Shown here: positions 27,866 to 37,928 of the stretch, one piece after another
Position numbering within the stretch: position 1 is the first letter of the stretch
Layout of the letters: each line of letters opens with the position of its first letter
Origin: an uncultured virus (IMG/VR IMGVR_UViG_3300025927_000002)
Lineage: Duplodnaviria > Heunggongvirae > Uroviricota > Caudoviricetes
Direction: 5' to 3' (one strand)
Length of the DNA: 64,000 bases
Virus record (IMG/VR): IMGVR_UViG_3300025927_000002
Made by a program: the position numbers and the translations under genes
Notes under the pieces: generated by a model
Told to the model about the DNA's origin: nothing
The model's input: only the letters and a program-made list of their open reading frames with translations
The model's database searches: none

Positions 27866-30800
27866 TGGCCGCCTCTGATGCGCTGGAGATGCTGGATGCT
27901 GTCCAGCCACCCAGTGGGGCGAGCTCCTCATCCCCGGCAACACCGCCCGTGCCTGAAGCTCCGATGGGCGGCGCCGCGTCGGCCTTGGCCGATATGGACA
28001 AAACGCCGGAGCAGCTTCGCAGCGAAATGACGGCAAAGCCAGAGCAGTCGGGTAGCGGTATCGGACATGTGCTGAGCGAGGCCGGTAAGTTTGCATTCAC
28101 AGCGGGAGCTCGCGGGCTCGGCGGCTTGGCCGAGTTTGCGCTGGACCCGCTGTCGCAAGTTCGCTCGTTGATTGATCCGCGCCTGGAGCGTCTGGAACAG
28201 AGCATTCGCCCTCACCCTGGCGAAGCAGCGGCCGATACGGCATTTGCCGCAACCCGCATCCCGGAGTATCAGCCGGGTGGCGCCTTAGATCGCATTGGGC
28301 TTTCGGCCGCTACGGGCGCCGCCGCTGGCGGCCCGTTTGGGCCTTGGGCAGCTCTTCTCGGCGGACTTGGCGGTTTTACGGGGCAGACCGGCAAGGAAGC
28401 GGCGACAACGAACGGAATGTCTCCGGAGAACAGCGAGCGGGTCGGGATTGCTGCCGGGCTCCTCCCCTCGGTTGCCGCGCCATTGGCGCGGGGACCAACC
28501 AACTACGTTGTCGGCAAGGGCAAGGAAACCCTCGGCCCGCTTCTGTCGAAACCGTACCGCGAGGGGCTTGTTGGCGAACAATTGCGCAGCGGCGCGTCTG
28601 ATCTCGATGCCCTCAAATCGTCGCTAATGGTCGACCAGCCGGGACCGCTTACCCAGAGCCGTGTGCCTAACTCGCTGCCGACGACATTCCAAATCACCGG
28701 CGATATGGGGCTCGGTCAGCTAGAGCGCGGTGCGCGCACACGAGACGCGACACCGTTCCTGGAGCGCGCGGCCGAGCAAAACAAGGCGCGCGTCACTCAG
28801 GTTGAGGCGCTCGCTCCGGAGAACGCGGCGCCGAGTGCGGTGCGCGATTTGCTGAAGCAGCACCTAGAGAAGCTTGACACCGAAGGCGAGGCGAATATCC
28901 GCGCGGCACAGCAGAACGCGCAACAAGCGTTCGACCAAGCAGGCGGCACGTTATCGCCTGACCTGTACGGCTCATTGATGCGTGACCAGCTAGAGGGCGC
29001 GAAGGCGACGACAAAAGCCGCAGAATCAAAGCTGTGGCAAGCGATCGATCCTGAAGGCAAACTGACGATTAACGCTGCCCCGGTGCGCGATGCGGCGAGC
29101 AATATCCTTTCCGAGATACCGCGAACCGCAAAGCCGCCTGAAGGCGAGGAAGCGGCTGTCCTGCAATTGGCGCAGTCGGGCGAGACAATGCCGTTCTCCG
29201 ATTTTGCTGCCTTGCGTGGTCGGCTATTAGGGGCGATCCGAGAAGAGCGCGTGAACGGTCAGACACCGGCATTGCGCCGCATGCAGATGTTGCGCTCGGC
29301 GATGGACGAAACCATTTCAAGTGCTGCGGATAATGCCGCCCAAGCCGACGCGGGATTGCTCGGCCGGATATCTGGCGAACTGAGTGATTTCGGAACAGCC
29401 ACCCAAGCCCGGACTGCCTCCGGGGGATACGACGGCGCTGGCGCTTCAACCGTTTCCAGAGGAAATGCACCCGCAGCTCCTGGCCTATTTGGAGCAGCGG
29501 GCAATTCGAACTTCGGATCTGGAAATGCTGCGGGACGTTCGAGCGCATCGCGACCGCCTCCAAAACCACAGGATATCGTCGAGTTCCTAACCTCGCGCGG
29601 CGGTGTCCGCGATGATGGCGGTGAACTGCGCGCGATGGATACCAATCGCGTCAACGGTGGTTATGGCACCGGCGGCGTGGGCAAGGGCTCATTCGGCATT
29701 CTATCGCGCGAAAAGGGTCTGCCGCCTGACCATGCGCGCGAAATCGCGGAGGAAGCTGGGTATCTAAAGCCGGGATCGTCGATCAGTGATCTCTATGATG
29801 CGATCCATGATTCGGTCCGCGGCCGCCCGCATTATTCTGACGCGGACGCGGATATCGTCGCGAATTGGGATCACTACACGAAGACGGGGGAGGCGGCGCC
29901 ATCGTTCGATCCTATCTCCCCGGCTAATTTCGATCAGGCCGCGGCCAGTCGCTACCGCGCCGCGGCGGGCGCTACCAAGGATCGCGCGCAGACATTCAAC
30001 AATCAGATCGTCGGCCCCACGCTGCAGGAGCGCGGTAGCGAATACCGCATGCTCGAAAGCCGGGTGCCAGAGCATTTCCTGAATAAAGGGCCGGAAGGCG
30101 TTCAGGCGTTCCTTAGTGCCGGCGGCGACGTCGCGACAATCCGCGATGCGCTGGCTGCGGATCTTCGTCATAAGGCGATGGCGCCGGATGGCACTCTGGC
30201 CGTCTCGCGTTATCAATCCTGGCTGCGCGGTCGACAGAACACGCTACGGGCTTTCCCCGAGCTGGAGCAGACGCTCGGCAACGCAGCCAAGGCCCAGGAT
30301 GCCGTAGACGCGGTGTCAGCGACATCGCGGGCAAAGCAGCTTGAATTTCAGAAAGGCGCCGCTCGGCATTTCCTGAACGCAGAACCCGAAAAGGCTGTGC
30401 AGGCAGCGCTGGCAAGCAAGAACCCGGTTGCCGATTTTCGCGAGCTGTCGCGTCTCGTGGGTGGCGATGCCGAGGCCAAGGCGGGCCTGCAACGCGCCGT
30501 CGCCGATCACATTGCGGATAAATATATCGGTAACACCGAGGCTGGGACATCTGGTGTTGGAACGATAAAGTCTGATGTGTTCCAGACCTTTATGACCCGC
30601 AACTCGCGCGCTCTTAGGCAGGTATTCTCGCCCGATCAAGTCAAGATGATGCACCGAGTCGCCGAGGATCTGCAGCAAGCGAACCGCTCGATCGCTAGCA
30701 GCAAAATCCCCGGGCAGTCAAACACGGCACAAGATCAGGCGCTACAAGGCGGGAAAGTATCAGTAATGCGGCAACATCTCGCGGAAGCGGCACTTAGCAC

Positions 30801-31131
30801 TGGCGGCGGGATCTCGGGGTACCTGTTGGCGAGCAGCCTGGGCGTTCCACCCATGGTGGGCGCAGCGGTGGGTGCCGTCCCCGGTGTTGCCAAAGCTGCG
30901 ATATCGAGCATGAAAGCGGCCGGCGTTGAGCGCACAAATCAGCTACTCGCTGAAGCTCTGCTTCATCCGGAGATTGCCAGAACTTTGCTGCTGAAGCCAA
31001 ACCCGGCCAATCGTCCGTTTATTGCACGTAGTCTGCGCTCTGCGTTCGGGCGGATTGCAGCCGCGTCCGCGAGCCGCGAGGCGGCTGAGAAGTGGCCGAC
31101 GACAACCGCTAAAAGCGCAAGCCAGCCTTAG
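27865..31131 (+). CDS. large internal virion (ejection) protein
   Basis: 1088-aa Ala-rich helical protein following the SLT protein. Confidence 0.7.
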   Translation: MAASDALEMLDAVQPPSGASSSSPATPPVPEAPMGGAASALADMDKTPEQLRSEMTAKPEQSGSGIGHVLSEAGKFAFTAGARGLGGLAEFALDPLSQVRSLIDPRLERLEQSIRPHPGEAAADTAFAATRIPEYQPGGALDRIGLSAATGAAAGGPFGPWAALLGGLGGFTGQTGKEAATTNGMSPENSERVGIAAGLLPSVAAPLARGPTNYVVGKGKETLGPLLSKPYREGLVGEQLRSGASDLDALKSSLMVDQPGPLTQSRVPNSLPTTFQITGDMGLGQLERGARTRDATPFLERAAEQNKARVTQVEALAPENAAPSAVRDLLKQHLEKLDTEGEANIRAAQQNAQQAFDQAGGTLSPDLYGSLMRDQLEGAKATTKAAESKLWQAIDPEGKLTINAAPVRDAASNILSEIPRTAKPPEGEEAAVLQLAQSGETMPFSDFAALRGRLLGAIREERVNGQTPALRRMQMLRSAMDETISSAADNAAQADAGLLGRISGELSDFGTATQARTASGGYDGAGASTVSRGNAPAAPGLFGAAGNSNFGSGNAAGRSSASRPPPKPQDIVEFLTSRGGVRDDGGELRAMDTNRVNGGYGTGGVGKGSFGILSREKGLPPDHAREIAEEAGYLKPGSSISDLYDAIHDSVRGRPHYSDADADIVANWDHYTKTGEAAPSFDPISPANFDQAAASRYRAAAGATKDRAQTFNNQIVGPTLQERGSEYRMLESRVPEHFLNKGPEGVQAFLSAGGDVATIRDALAADLRHKAMAPDGTLAVSRYQSWLRGRQNTLRAFPELEQTLGNAAKAQDAVDAVSATSRAKQLEFQKGAARHFLNAEPEKAVQAALASKNPVADFRELSRLVGGDAEAKAGLQRAVADHIADKYIGNTEAGTSGVGTIKSDVFQTFMTRNSRALRQVFSPDQVKMMHRVAEDLQQANRSIASSKIPGQSNTAQDQALQGGKVSVMRQHLAEAALSTGGGISGYLLASSLGVPPMVGAAVGAVPGVAKAAISSMKAAGVERTNQLLAEALLHPEIARTLLLKPNPANRPFIARSLRSAFGRIAAASASREAAEKWPTTTAKSASQP

Positions 31132-31212
31132 TTAGCCTTATCCGACCGCGGGCGAAACTGGTTTCGCCCTGAAGCCGCCTCCGGGCGGTTCCCACGCCTG
31201 GAGGACAGCCCC

Positions 31213-31680
31213 TTGCGAAAATTCAGGGCCGCAGTCGCGGTCGCGCTCACGCTGCTTTTTTGCGGCACCGCTGTAGCGGAGACGTTCACCGATTTCCCGA
31301 CGGTTATCAAAAACAAGCGCAACGCTACCGAACCGGAATTGGATAGTGGCTACGTGCCGCTGACCACCGGGGACGCCAAAGATACGCGCAAAATTCCTGC
31401 CGGCGAGATCACCCGCAACTCGGCGGTGCAGACACTAACCAACAAAAATATCAACTGCTTAGAAAACAACTGCACGAACTTCCCTGGCGGGACAGGCGGG
31501 GGTGGCGGGCCGGGTGGGACATTTACTCCACCAACCACCTGCACCGTTGAGGGTGAGCTTTATAACAACAGCGGAACATTAGCGATCTGCCACATCAGCG
31601 TCGCTGGCGGGGCCATCCTTCTTAATGGCGGCGGACATCTGGCGCTGAATGGCGGCGGCATCCTCTTGACTAATCCATAA
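31213..31680 (+). CDS. secreted hypothetical protein
   Basis: GGAGG RBS, TTG start, signal peptide ending AVA. Confidence 0.65.
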   Translation: MRKFRAAVAVALTLLFCGTAVAETFTDFPTVIKNKRNATEPELDSGYVPLTTGDAKDTRKIPAGEITRNSAVQTLTNKNINCLENNCTNFPGGTGGGGGPGGTFTPPTTCTVEGELYNNSGTLAICHISVAGGAILLNGGGHLALNGGGILLTNP

Positions 31681-31692
31681 AGGATAAGCTTT

Positions 31693-34600
31693 ATGAACAC
31701 GTTCACAAAGGGCGCCGGGGGCGCCTTTTTTGTTGCTAGCATCCTTTATGGAACCGCAGGGCAAGCGCGTGCGGATGCGCTTGCCCAGGAAATGACGCCG
31801 GCCACGTCGCCAATCCCGGCGTTGTCGTGCATCTATGTTTCAGAATGGGACGGCAGTGCGTTCGTCGATCGGTCGCGCTGTTCGGCCTGGGCCGCCTGGC
31901 TCGGCGCGGTGCCGCTGAACGGGGCTTTGGGGACGCCGACCAGCGGCTCGCTGCTCAACGTAACTGGGCTGCCGATTGTCGCCGGCACCACCGGAACCCT
32001 AACCGCGTTTCGCGGCGGCACCGGCCAAAGCAACTTTACCAATGGGCAATTGCTGATTGGTAACTCTGGCAATGGCGGTCTTGATAAGGCCACGCTGACC
32101 CCGGGGGCAAACGTAACCATCACCAATAGCCCTGGTGGTATTACGATTGCGGCTTCCGGGGGAACCGCCTCGCCAGCTGGGGCGAATGGCGATTTGCAAA
32201 CCAATAACGGCGCCGGAAATTTGGGAGCATTGACCCCCGGCATCGGGATTGCAACGTGGCTTGCCACACCGTCGAGCGCTAACCTGCTGGCGGCGATGAC
32301 GACCAAGACCGGCACCGGCAACTTGGTGTTCGGAACCGCGCCGAGCTTTGTTGCTCCGGCACTCGGCACGCCGGCATCGGCCAATTTGGCCAACGCAACC
32401 GGCCTGCCTCTTGCTACGGGCGTCACCGGCAACCTGTCGGTCAACAATCTCGCCGGTGGCACCAACGCGGATGCGGCGCATTATTGGCGGGGTGATGGCA
32501 CCTGGGCGTTAGTATCAGGCGGCGGCGGTGGCAGCGCGCCCGGCGGCGCCAGCGGCGACTGGCAGACCAACAACGGCGCCGGCGGGTTCGGCTCATTTGT
32601 GCCAGGGGCCGGTGTCCAAACCTGGGCAACCACCCCGTCGAGCACCAATTTGCGGGCCGCGATGACCGACGAAACCGGCACCGGCTCCCTGGTGTTTGGC
32701 ACGGCACCAACCATCGCATCGCCGATTTTTACAGCCCCGGCGCTTGGCACTCCCGCCTCGGGCGTAATGACCAATGTGACCGGCGTAACGCTGGCCGGGC
32801 ACGCGGCCCAGGCGGCAAACACCGTGGTCGCGAACGCAACCAGCGGTAGCGCGTCGCCGACCGCGGTTTTTCTGCCGCCGTGCGGCGATACCGGCGGCCA
32901 GCATCTGAATTATACGGCGGGGGCATTTACGTGCGGCACCACGGGTGACGGCGCGGGCACCGGCACCCCCGGTGGCAGTGCCGGAGACATCCAGCTTAAT
33001 AACGGGTCCGGAGCCTTTAGCGGCTTTACGCCGGGCACCGGCATCATAACCTGGATGACCACGCCCACCTCGGCCAACCTGCTCGCGGCGCTGACCACCA
33101 AGACTGGTACCGGCAATGTGGTGTTCGGCACGTCGCCAACCATCGCATCGGCAACCCTCACGTCGCCGACGATGACAGCCCCTGTGCTCGGCACCCCGGC
33201 CTCGGGGACGCTGACCAATGCGACCGGGTTGCCGCTCGCGACCGGCGTGACCGGGAACCTGCCGACCTCGCGTCTCAACAGCGGCACCAGCGCGTCATCT
33301 GCGACGTTCTGGCGAGGCGACGGGACGTGGTCGGCGCCTCCGGGCTCCGGGACGCCAGGCGGCTCTAGCGGATATTTCCAGACCAATGATGGGGCCGGCG
33401 GGCTGGCCGGCGTCTCACCAACCGCCGCCCGCCTCTCGATCAAATTGGACAGCCGCAACAGTGGCTACGGCGCGGCAGACTCCAACATAGCTGTAACCGA
33501 TCATTATGTCGGGCTCGGCAGCACCGATTGGACAGGAGACTTTACCTATAAACTGCCGGCGATCTCTGGCGTTAACGATGGCGATACGGTCGAAATCGCA
33601 GACGATATCGGCGTGCTCAATGGCCATACCCTGACAATCGGTGTCGCCACCGGATCAGGCAACACATTGCTCGGCACGACAGCATTGGTCTCGACGGGTG
33701 GGCGGGTTTATTGCAGAGCAAACACCGCGGAGACGACGTGGGCTTGTTGGGGCGGCATCTCGAATGGCTTGTCCGGGCAGGTACTGATCGGGCAAAACAC
33801 GGCAACGCCGGCCAATTGGTCGACTCTCGGCGGCGATGTCGCCTCGGTTGACAATGCCGGTATTGTCCGCTTGGGCAGCGTGAATAGCGTCGCGTTTCCC
33901 AACTTTGCGACCATAAACACCATCCCCTATGCAACCGGAACCGCCACCATGGGGGCGATGGCGGCAGTCAGCGGCGCCGTGGTGAATACCAGCAGCACTG
34001 GGGTGCCGTCGGAACAAAGGAAACCAGTTCTCGGCGTACCGGCGACGAATGCCGGAAGCATTGCTCTTGCCAATGGCAACGCCACCGGCAAAATCGCCAC
34101 GATCCAGAACCTCAGCGCGACGTCGGCCGACTACAATTTTAACCTCCCTGCAACGGCCGGCACAACCGGGCAAGTGTTGACCTCGGCCGGCGGCGGGTCT
34201 AGCTCGATGACATGGAGTTCGGCGGGCACCGGCACGGTGACCGTCTCGGGCACCCCGGCAGCAGGTCAGCTTGCGGAATGGACGACCGCGACGAATCTGC
34301 AGGGGACGATCGCTCCGGTCCTCGGGGTTGCCAGCACGTCTGCCGGCACTCTCGGTCTCGCGAGCAGCGGCACCGCCGGGGTCGTGACCGTCAAGAATCT
34401 TGGCGCGACGAGTGCCTACAACTTCAACCTGCCGACGACTGCTGGCACTGCCGGCCAGCGCCTGGTATCAGGCGGCGGCGGGGCAAGCTCGATGACGTGG
34501 GCAAACGCAACCGTCGGCACCGTGACAGTCTCTGGCACCCCGACATCAGGCCAAGTTGCGGAGTGGACGAGCGCCACGAATATTCAGGGCGTCGCACGGA

Positions 34601-35073
34601 AAACGGGTCTCGTCTATATCCTCGACGAGGATAACGCCCAGCATTCGCACACCGGAGACACCGCAGAATTTATGCTTAGCAGTTGCGCGATCCCGGCCGG
34701 GACGTTGGGAGCGACCGGATCGATCAGGGTAAATTTTCTGGCGTCGCGCTCCGGGTCTGGCGGTACTGTGACGATGAGAACGCGGTTCGGGACGACAAAC
34801 GACGCCGCCGGAACCCAATTATGGTCAACCGCCATGGGGACCACGACATTATCACTGAACGGAAGGAGCGTGGTTAATAACCGGACTGCAAGTAGCCAGA
34901 TTGCCATCCCGACTAGTATTGTTGGTGGGTCAACCGTCGCTGTGGTCACCACGGCAATCGATACCAGCGCAGCCACGACATATCTTACAGTCACGGGACA
35001 GAACGCGTCAGCCGGCGATGCCTTCGCACTCGAAACCCTGACTTGTGAAATTCTGCCACCGGCGGGGACATAA
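31693..35073 (+). CDS. repetitive fibre/adhesin-like protein with possible signal peptide
   Basis: ~120-aa modules (TPSSANL...KTGTG.LVF...PALGTPAS...WRGDGTW); G/T/A-rich. Confidence 0.75.
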   Translation: MNTFTKGAGGAFFVASILYGTAGQARADALAQEMTPATSPIPALSCIYVSEWDGSAFVDRSRCSAWAAWLGAVPLNGALGTPTSGSLLNVTGLPIVAGTTGTLTAFRGGTGQSNFTNGQLLIGNSGNGGLDKATLTPGANVTITNSPGGITIAASGGTASPAGANGDLQTNNGAGNLGALTPGIGIATWLATPSSANLLAAMTTKTGTGNLVFGTAPSFVAPALGTPASANLANATGLPLATGVTGNLSVNNLAGGTNADAAHYWRGDGTWALVSGGGGGSAPGGASGDWQTNNGAGGFGSFVPGAGVQTWATTPSSTNLRAAMTDETGTGSLVFGTAPTIASPIFTAPALGTPASGVMTNVTGVTLAGHAAQAANTVVANATSGSASPTAVFLPPCGDTGGQHLNYTAGAFTCGTTGDGAGTGTPGGSAGDIQLNNGSGAFSGFTPGTGIITWMTTPTSANLLAALTTKTGTGNVVFGTSPTIASATLTSPTMTAPVLGTPASGTLTNATGLPLATGVTGNLPTSRLNSGTSASSATFWRGDGTWSAPPGSGTPGGSSGYFQTNDGAGGLAGVSPTAARLSIKLDSRNSGYGAADSNIAVTDHYVGLGSTDWTGDFTYKLPAISGVNDGDTVEIADDIGVLNGHTLTIGVATGSGNTLLGTTALVSTGGRVYCRANTAETTWACWGGISNGLSGQVLIGQNTATPANWSTLGGDVASVDNAGIVRLGSVNSVAFPNFATINTIPYATGTATMGAMAAVSGAVVNTSSTGVPSEQRKPVLGVPATNAGSIALANGNATGKIATIQNLSATSADYNFNLPATAGTTGQVLTSAGGGSSSMTWSSAGTGTVTVSGTPAAGQLAEWTTATNLQGTIAPVLGVASTSAGTLGLASSGTAGVVTVKNLGATSAYNFNLPTTAGTAGQRLVSGGGGASSMTWANATVGTVTVSGTPTSGQVAEWTSATNIQGVARKTGLVYILDEDNAQHSHTGDTAEFMLSSCAIPAGTLGATGSIRVNFLASRSGSGGTVTMRTRFGTTNDAAGTQLWSTAMGTTTLSLNGRSVVNNRTASSQIAIPTSIVGGSTVAVVTTAIDTSAATTYLTVTGQNASAGDAFALETLTCEILPPAGT

Positions 35074-35075
35074 TA

Positions 35076-35996
35076 ATGAGAGCAAAGCGCAACGCGCGGC
35101 GAGGGCGGGCCAAGCGTGCTTGGCCCTGTTTCCTCGCCAGTGCTTTAATGCTGGCGGCGCTGTTTACGGCTTCGCCAGCCCTAGCGAACCCCTACGCAGG
35201 ATGGACATACACCTGCTCCCCGATCTGCACCGGCGTCCGAATGACCTATGTTGAGCCCGTCCCGCTCTATGTCGGGAAACTAGCAGAGACTGCGGACGCC
35301 TCTCTTATATGGGTCGGCATTGAGTCGGGGGCTGGACATACGGCAGCTTGTAATGATGGCCCGCTGGTCCAGCACGGTACGGCCCCAATCATATATAAGG
35401 ATAACGCATTTCCCGAGACGCACAATACATGGCATCAAGAATATCCGTGCGATGGCCTTAGCGGTACCACAGCCACGATCAATGCAGAGGCCGGCGATAC
35501 CATATTCCTACAACTCCTTTGCACGGCAAACTGCACGCAAGGCAGCACGACCGCGTCGATTACCTACACCTGGACTAACCTAACCAAGAACCTCACAGTC
35601 AATCTTGTGCGGCCGCTAAATGGGACTGGCAACCCAGTGGTGACAGCCACAATGTATTGGGATCAAGCGGATTTCATCATTGAGGGAAAGGTGCCGTACC
35701 CTATCGGCATGGCCCCGCTGAAAATAATCCATCCTCAGGTATTCCAGGGCGGCGTATGGGTGCCCGTCCCATTCGTCAATCGAACCGGCAGTCGGCCGCA
35801 CAACACCGCGCTCCTGACCGGCACGGCGCCGCACTACTGGAACGTCTACAGCCCCTCGCCCTTAATAAACGATGGCGGTACGGGAGAGACGGTATTTTAT
35901 ATTTGCTCCGATATCGTCATAGACGAGAGGGGCTTCACCGGCGGGCAGCCCTGTCCCCAGGGGCAAAACTCCGGCGCGTACGGAATGGGGCCGTAA
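35076..35996 (+). CDS. secreted G1-family (glutamic) peptidase-like protein
   Basis: IWVGIES, LVQHGT, TWHQEYP, AGDTI and ADFIIE match the G1/A4 motif order; signal peptide ending ALA. Confidence 0.65.
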   Translation: MRAKRNARRGRAKRAWPCFLASALMLAALFTASPALANPYAGWTYTCSPICTGVRMTYVEPVPLYVGKLAETADASLIWVGIESGAGHTAACNDGPLVQHGTAPIIYKDNAFPETHNTWHQEYPCDGLSGTTATINAEAGDTIFLQLLCTANCTQGSTTASITYTWTNLTKNLTVNLVRPLNGTGNPVVTATMYWDQADFIIEGKVPYPIGMAPLKIIHPQVFQGGVWVPVPFVNRTGSRPHNTALLTGTAPHYWNVYSPSPLINDGGTGETVFYICSDIVIDERGFTGGQPCPQGQNSGAYGMGP

Positions 35997-36031
35997 GGCA
36001 GCGCAATAATCGTTAAAAGCGAGGTGATATA

Positions 36032-37927
36032 ATGAGAAACGCCAGACTTTTGGCGGTGGCTATAGCTGGGCTCGTTTTATCCGGGCCAGCCCGCGCGGAT
36101 GTCCTGACACAAAACATGGCAACCGCTACATCGCCAACCCCTGCCTTGTCGTGCATCTATGTTAGTGAGTGGACCGGCAACGCGTTTGTCGATCGATCGC
36201 GCTGCTCGGGCTGGGCCGAATGGCTTGGCGCGGTCCCGCTCAATGGCGCGGCAGGCACGCCGACATCCATCAACCTGACATTCGCCACGAGCATCCCCGC
36301 TGGCCAGCTTACGGGCAATATTTCGAACGCCAGGCTCAATAGCGGCACCAGCGCTGACTCGACGCATTTCTGGCGCGGCGATGGTGTGTGGGCCGTGCCC
36401 CCGGTTGGCGAGAGTGGCGGCACTCCAGCCACACCAGGCGGGACAGGCGGAGACCTGCAGGTTAATGATGGCGCTAGCGGGTTTGGCGGGATCACGCCCG
36501 GAACGGGCGTAGCGGCGTGGCTCGCCGCTCCGACCAGCGCCAACTTGGCTACCGCAACAGCGGCCAAGACCGGCACCGGCAATTTGGTGTTCGCAACATC
36601 GCCAGCCCTCGTAACTCCAACGCTTGGCACCCCTGCCTCGGTCAATCTCGCAAACGCGACCAATATCCCAGCGGGGCAGCTTACCGGAAACATTGCGAAT
36701 GCTAGGCTCAATGGTGGCGCCAGCGCATCATCTACGACATTCTGGCGGGGCGATGGCACCTGGGCCGTACCCGCAGGCGGCGGCGGCACAGCCACACCAG
36801 GCGGGATCAGCGGAGATCTGCAAACCAATAACGGCGCTGGCGGCTTTAACGGGATCACGCCCGGAGCGGGGATTGCGTCGTGGCTCGCTGTCCCGTCGAG
36901 CGCCAATTTGCTCACGGCACTGACCACAAAAACCGGCACCGGAACTGTGGTGTTCTCGACCTCGCCAACCCTCATAACCCCAACGCTCGGCACTCCCGCC
37001 TCGGTCAATCTCGCAAACGCGACCAATATTCCGGCGGGTCAGCTTACCGGGACAATCTCGACCGCCCGGTTTAACAGCGGCACCGGCGCCGATACCGGGC
37101 ATTTTCTGCGCGGCGACGGCACTTGGGCCGTGCCCCCAACCGGCAGCGGCGGCGGCGGCACAGCCACACCAGGCGGGGCAATCGGAGCCCTGCAAACCAA
37201 TGATGGCGCCGGCGGCTTTGGCGGGATCGCACCTGGAGCGGGAATAGCGGCGTGGCTCGCTATCCCGACCAGCGCCAATTTGCTGGCGGCGATGACGACC
37301 GACACGGGCACCGGGAACCTGGTATTCGCGACATCACCAACCCTCGTAACTCCGGTGCTCGGCACCCCCGCCTCGGTCAACCTTTTAAATGCGACCAATA
37401 TCCCGGCGGGTCAGCTTACCGGAACAGTCGCGACCGCCCGGTTCAACAGCGGCACCAACGCCGACGCGACACACTTTCTGCGCGGCGATGGCACTTGGGC
37501 GACGACACTCACCGTGACCGATGGGACGCGTAGTGGCGCGGCGACCTCTCTTTCCCTCGACCCCAAGGTGCTGGTTGTTGATGCGACAACGAGCCCGACA
37601 ATTGTGATCAGCAATACGGTCACAGTGAGCACCAATCGGTCGGCTGCCAATTACACGCTACTAGCGGCAGACAACAACACAATCGTTCCCATCGGGTCAG
37701 CGCACACCTATACTGTCCCGCAAGCCGGAACAACTGGATTCGGTCCTGGTGCGGGGCCATGCCTGCTCAATGTCTCGACCAGCGGCAACGCAACAGTTAC
37801 ATCCACAACATCAGTGTTTTTAGGCGCCGGGAACACCACGTCGTTTTCCTTGCCGGCAAAAGGCACAGCGTGCCTGACCTCGGCCGGAGGGGACTGGATA
37901 ACCGTAGCTCACAGCGGGATACCCTAA
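36032..37927 (+). CDS. repetitive fibre/adhesin-like protein, paralog of 31693-35073
   Basis: Shared [10 protein letters not shown]...[18 protein letters not shown] domain; three ~120-aa modules; Sec signal. Confidence 0.8.
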   Translation: MRNARLLAVAIAGLVLSGPARADVLTQNMATATSPTPALSCIYVSEWTGNAFVDRSRCSGWAEWLGAVPLNGAAGTPTSINLTFATSIPAGQLTGNISNARLNSGTSADSTHFWRGDGVWAVPPVGESGGTPATPGGTGGDLQVNDGASGFGGITPGTGVAAWLAAPTSANLATATAAKTGTGNLVFATSPALVTPTLGTPASVNLANATNIPAGQLTGNIANARLNGGASASSTTFWRGDGTWAVPAGGGGTATPGGISGDLQTNNGAGGFNGITPGAGIASWLAVPSSANLLTALTTKTGTGTVVFSTSPTLITPTLGTPASVNLANATNIPAGQLTGTISTARFNSGTGADTGHFLRGDGTWAVPPTGSGGGGTATPGGAIGALQTNDGAGGFGGIAPGAGIAAWLAIPTSANLLAAMTTDTGTGNLVFATSPTLVTPVLGTPASVNLLNATNIPAGQLTGTVATARFNSGTNADATHFLRGDGTWATTLTVTDGTRSGAATSLSLDPKVLVVDATTSPTIVISNTVTVSTNRSAANYTLLAADNNTIVPIGSAHTYTVPQAGTTGFGPGAGPCLLNVSTSGNATVTSTTSVFLGAGNTTSFSLPAKGTACLTSAGGDWITVAHSGIP

Positions 37928-37928
37928 T

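Noticed and set aside
31708..31733. Terminator-like GGCGCC/GGCGCC-T6
   Set aside because: Lies within the first codons of a CDS with a good RBS; function cannot be supported from sequence alone.
31693..37927. Diversity-generating retroelement acting on the fibre repeats
   Set aside because: No reverse transcriptase seen; repeats are in-frame coding modules and differences are not adenine-specific.
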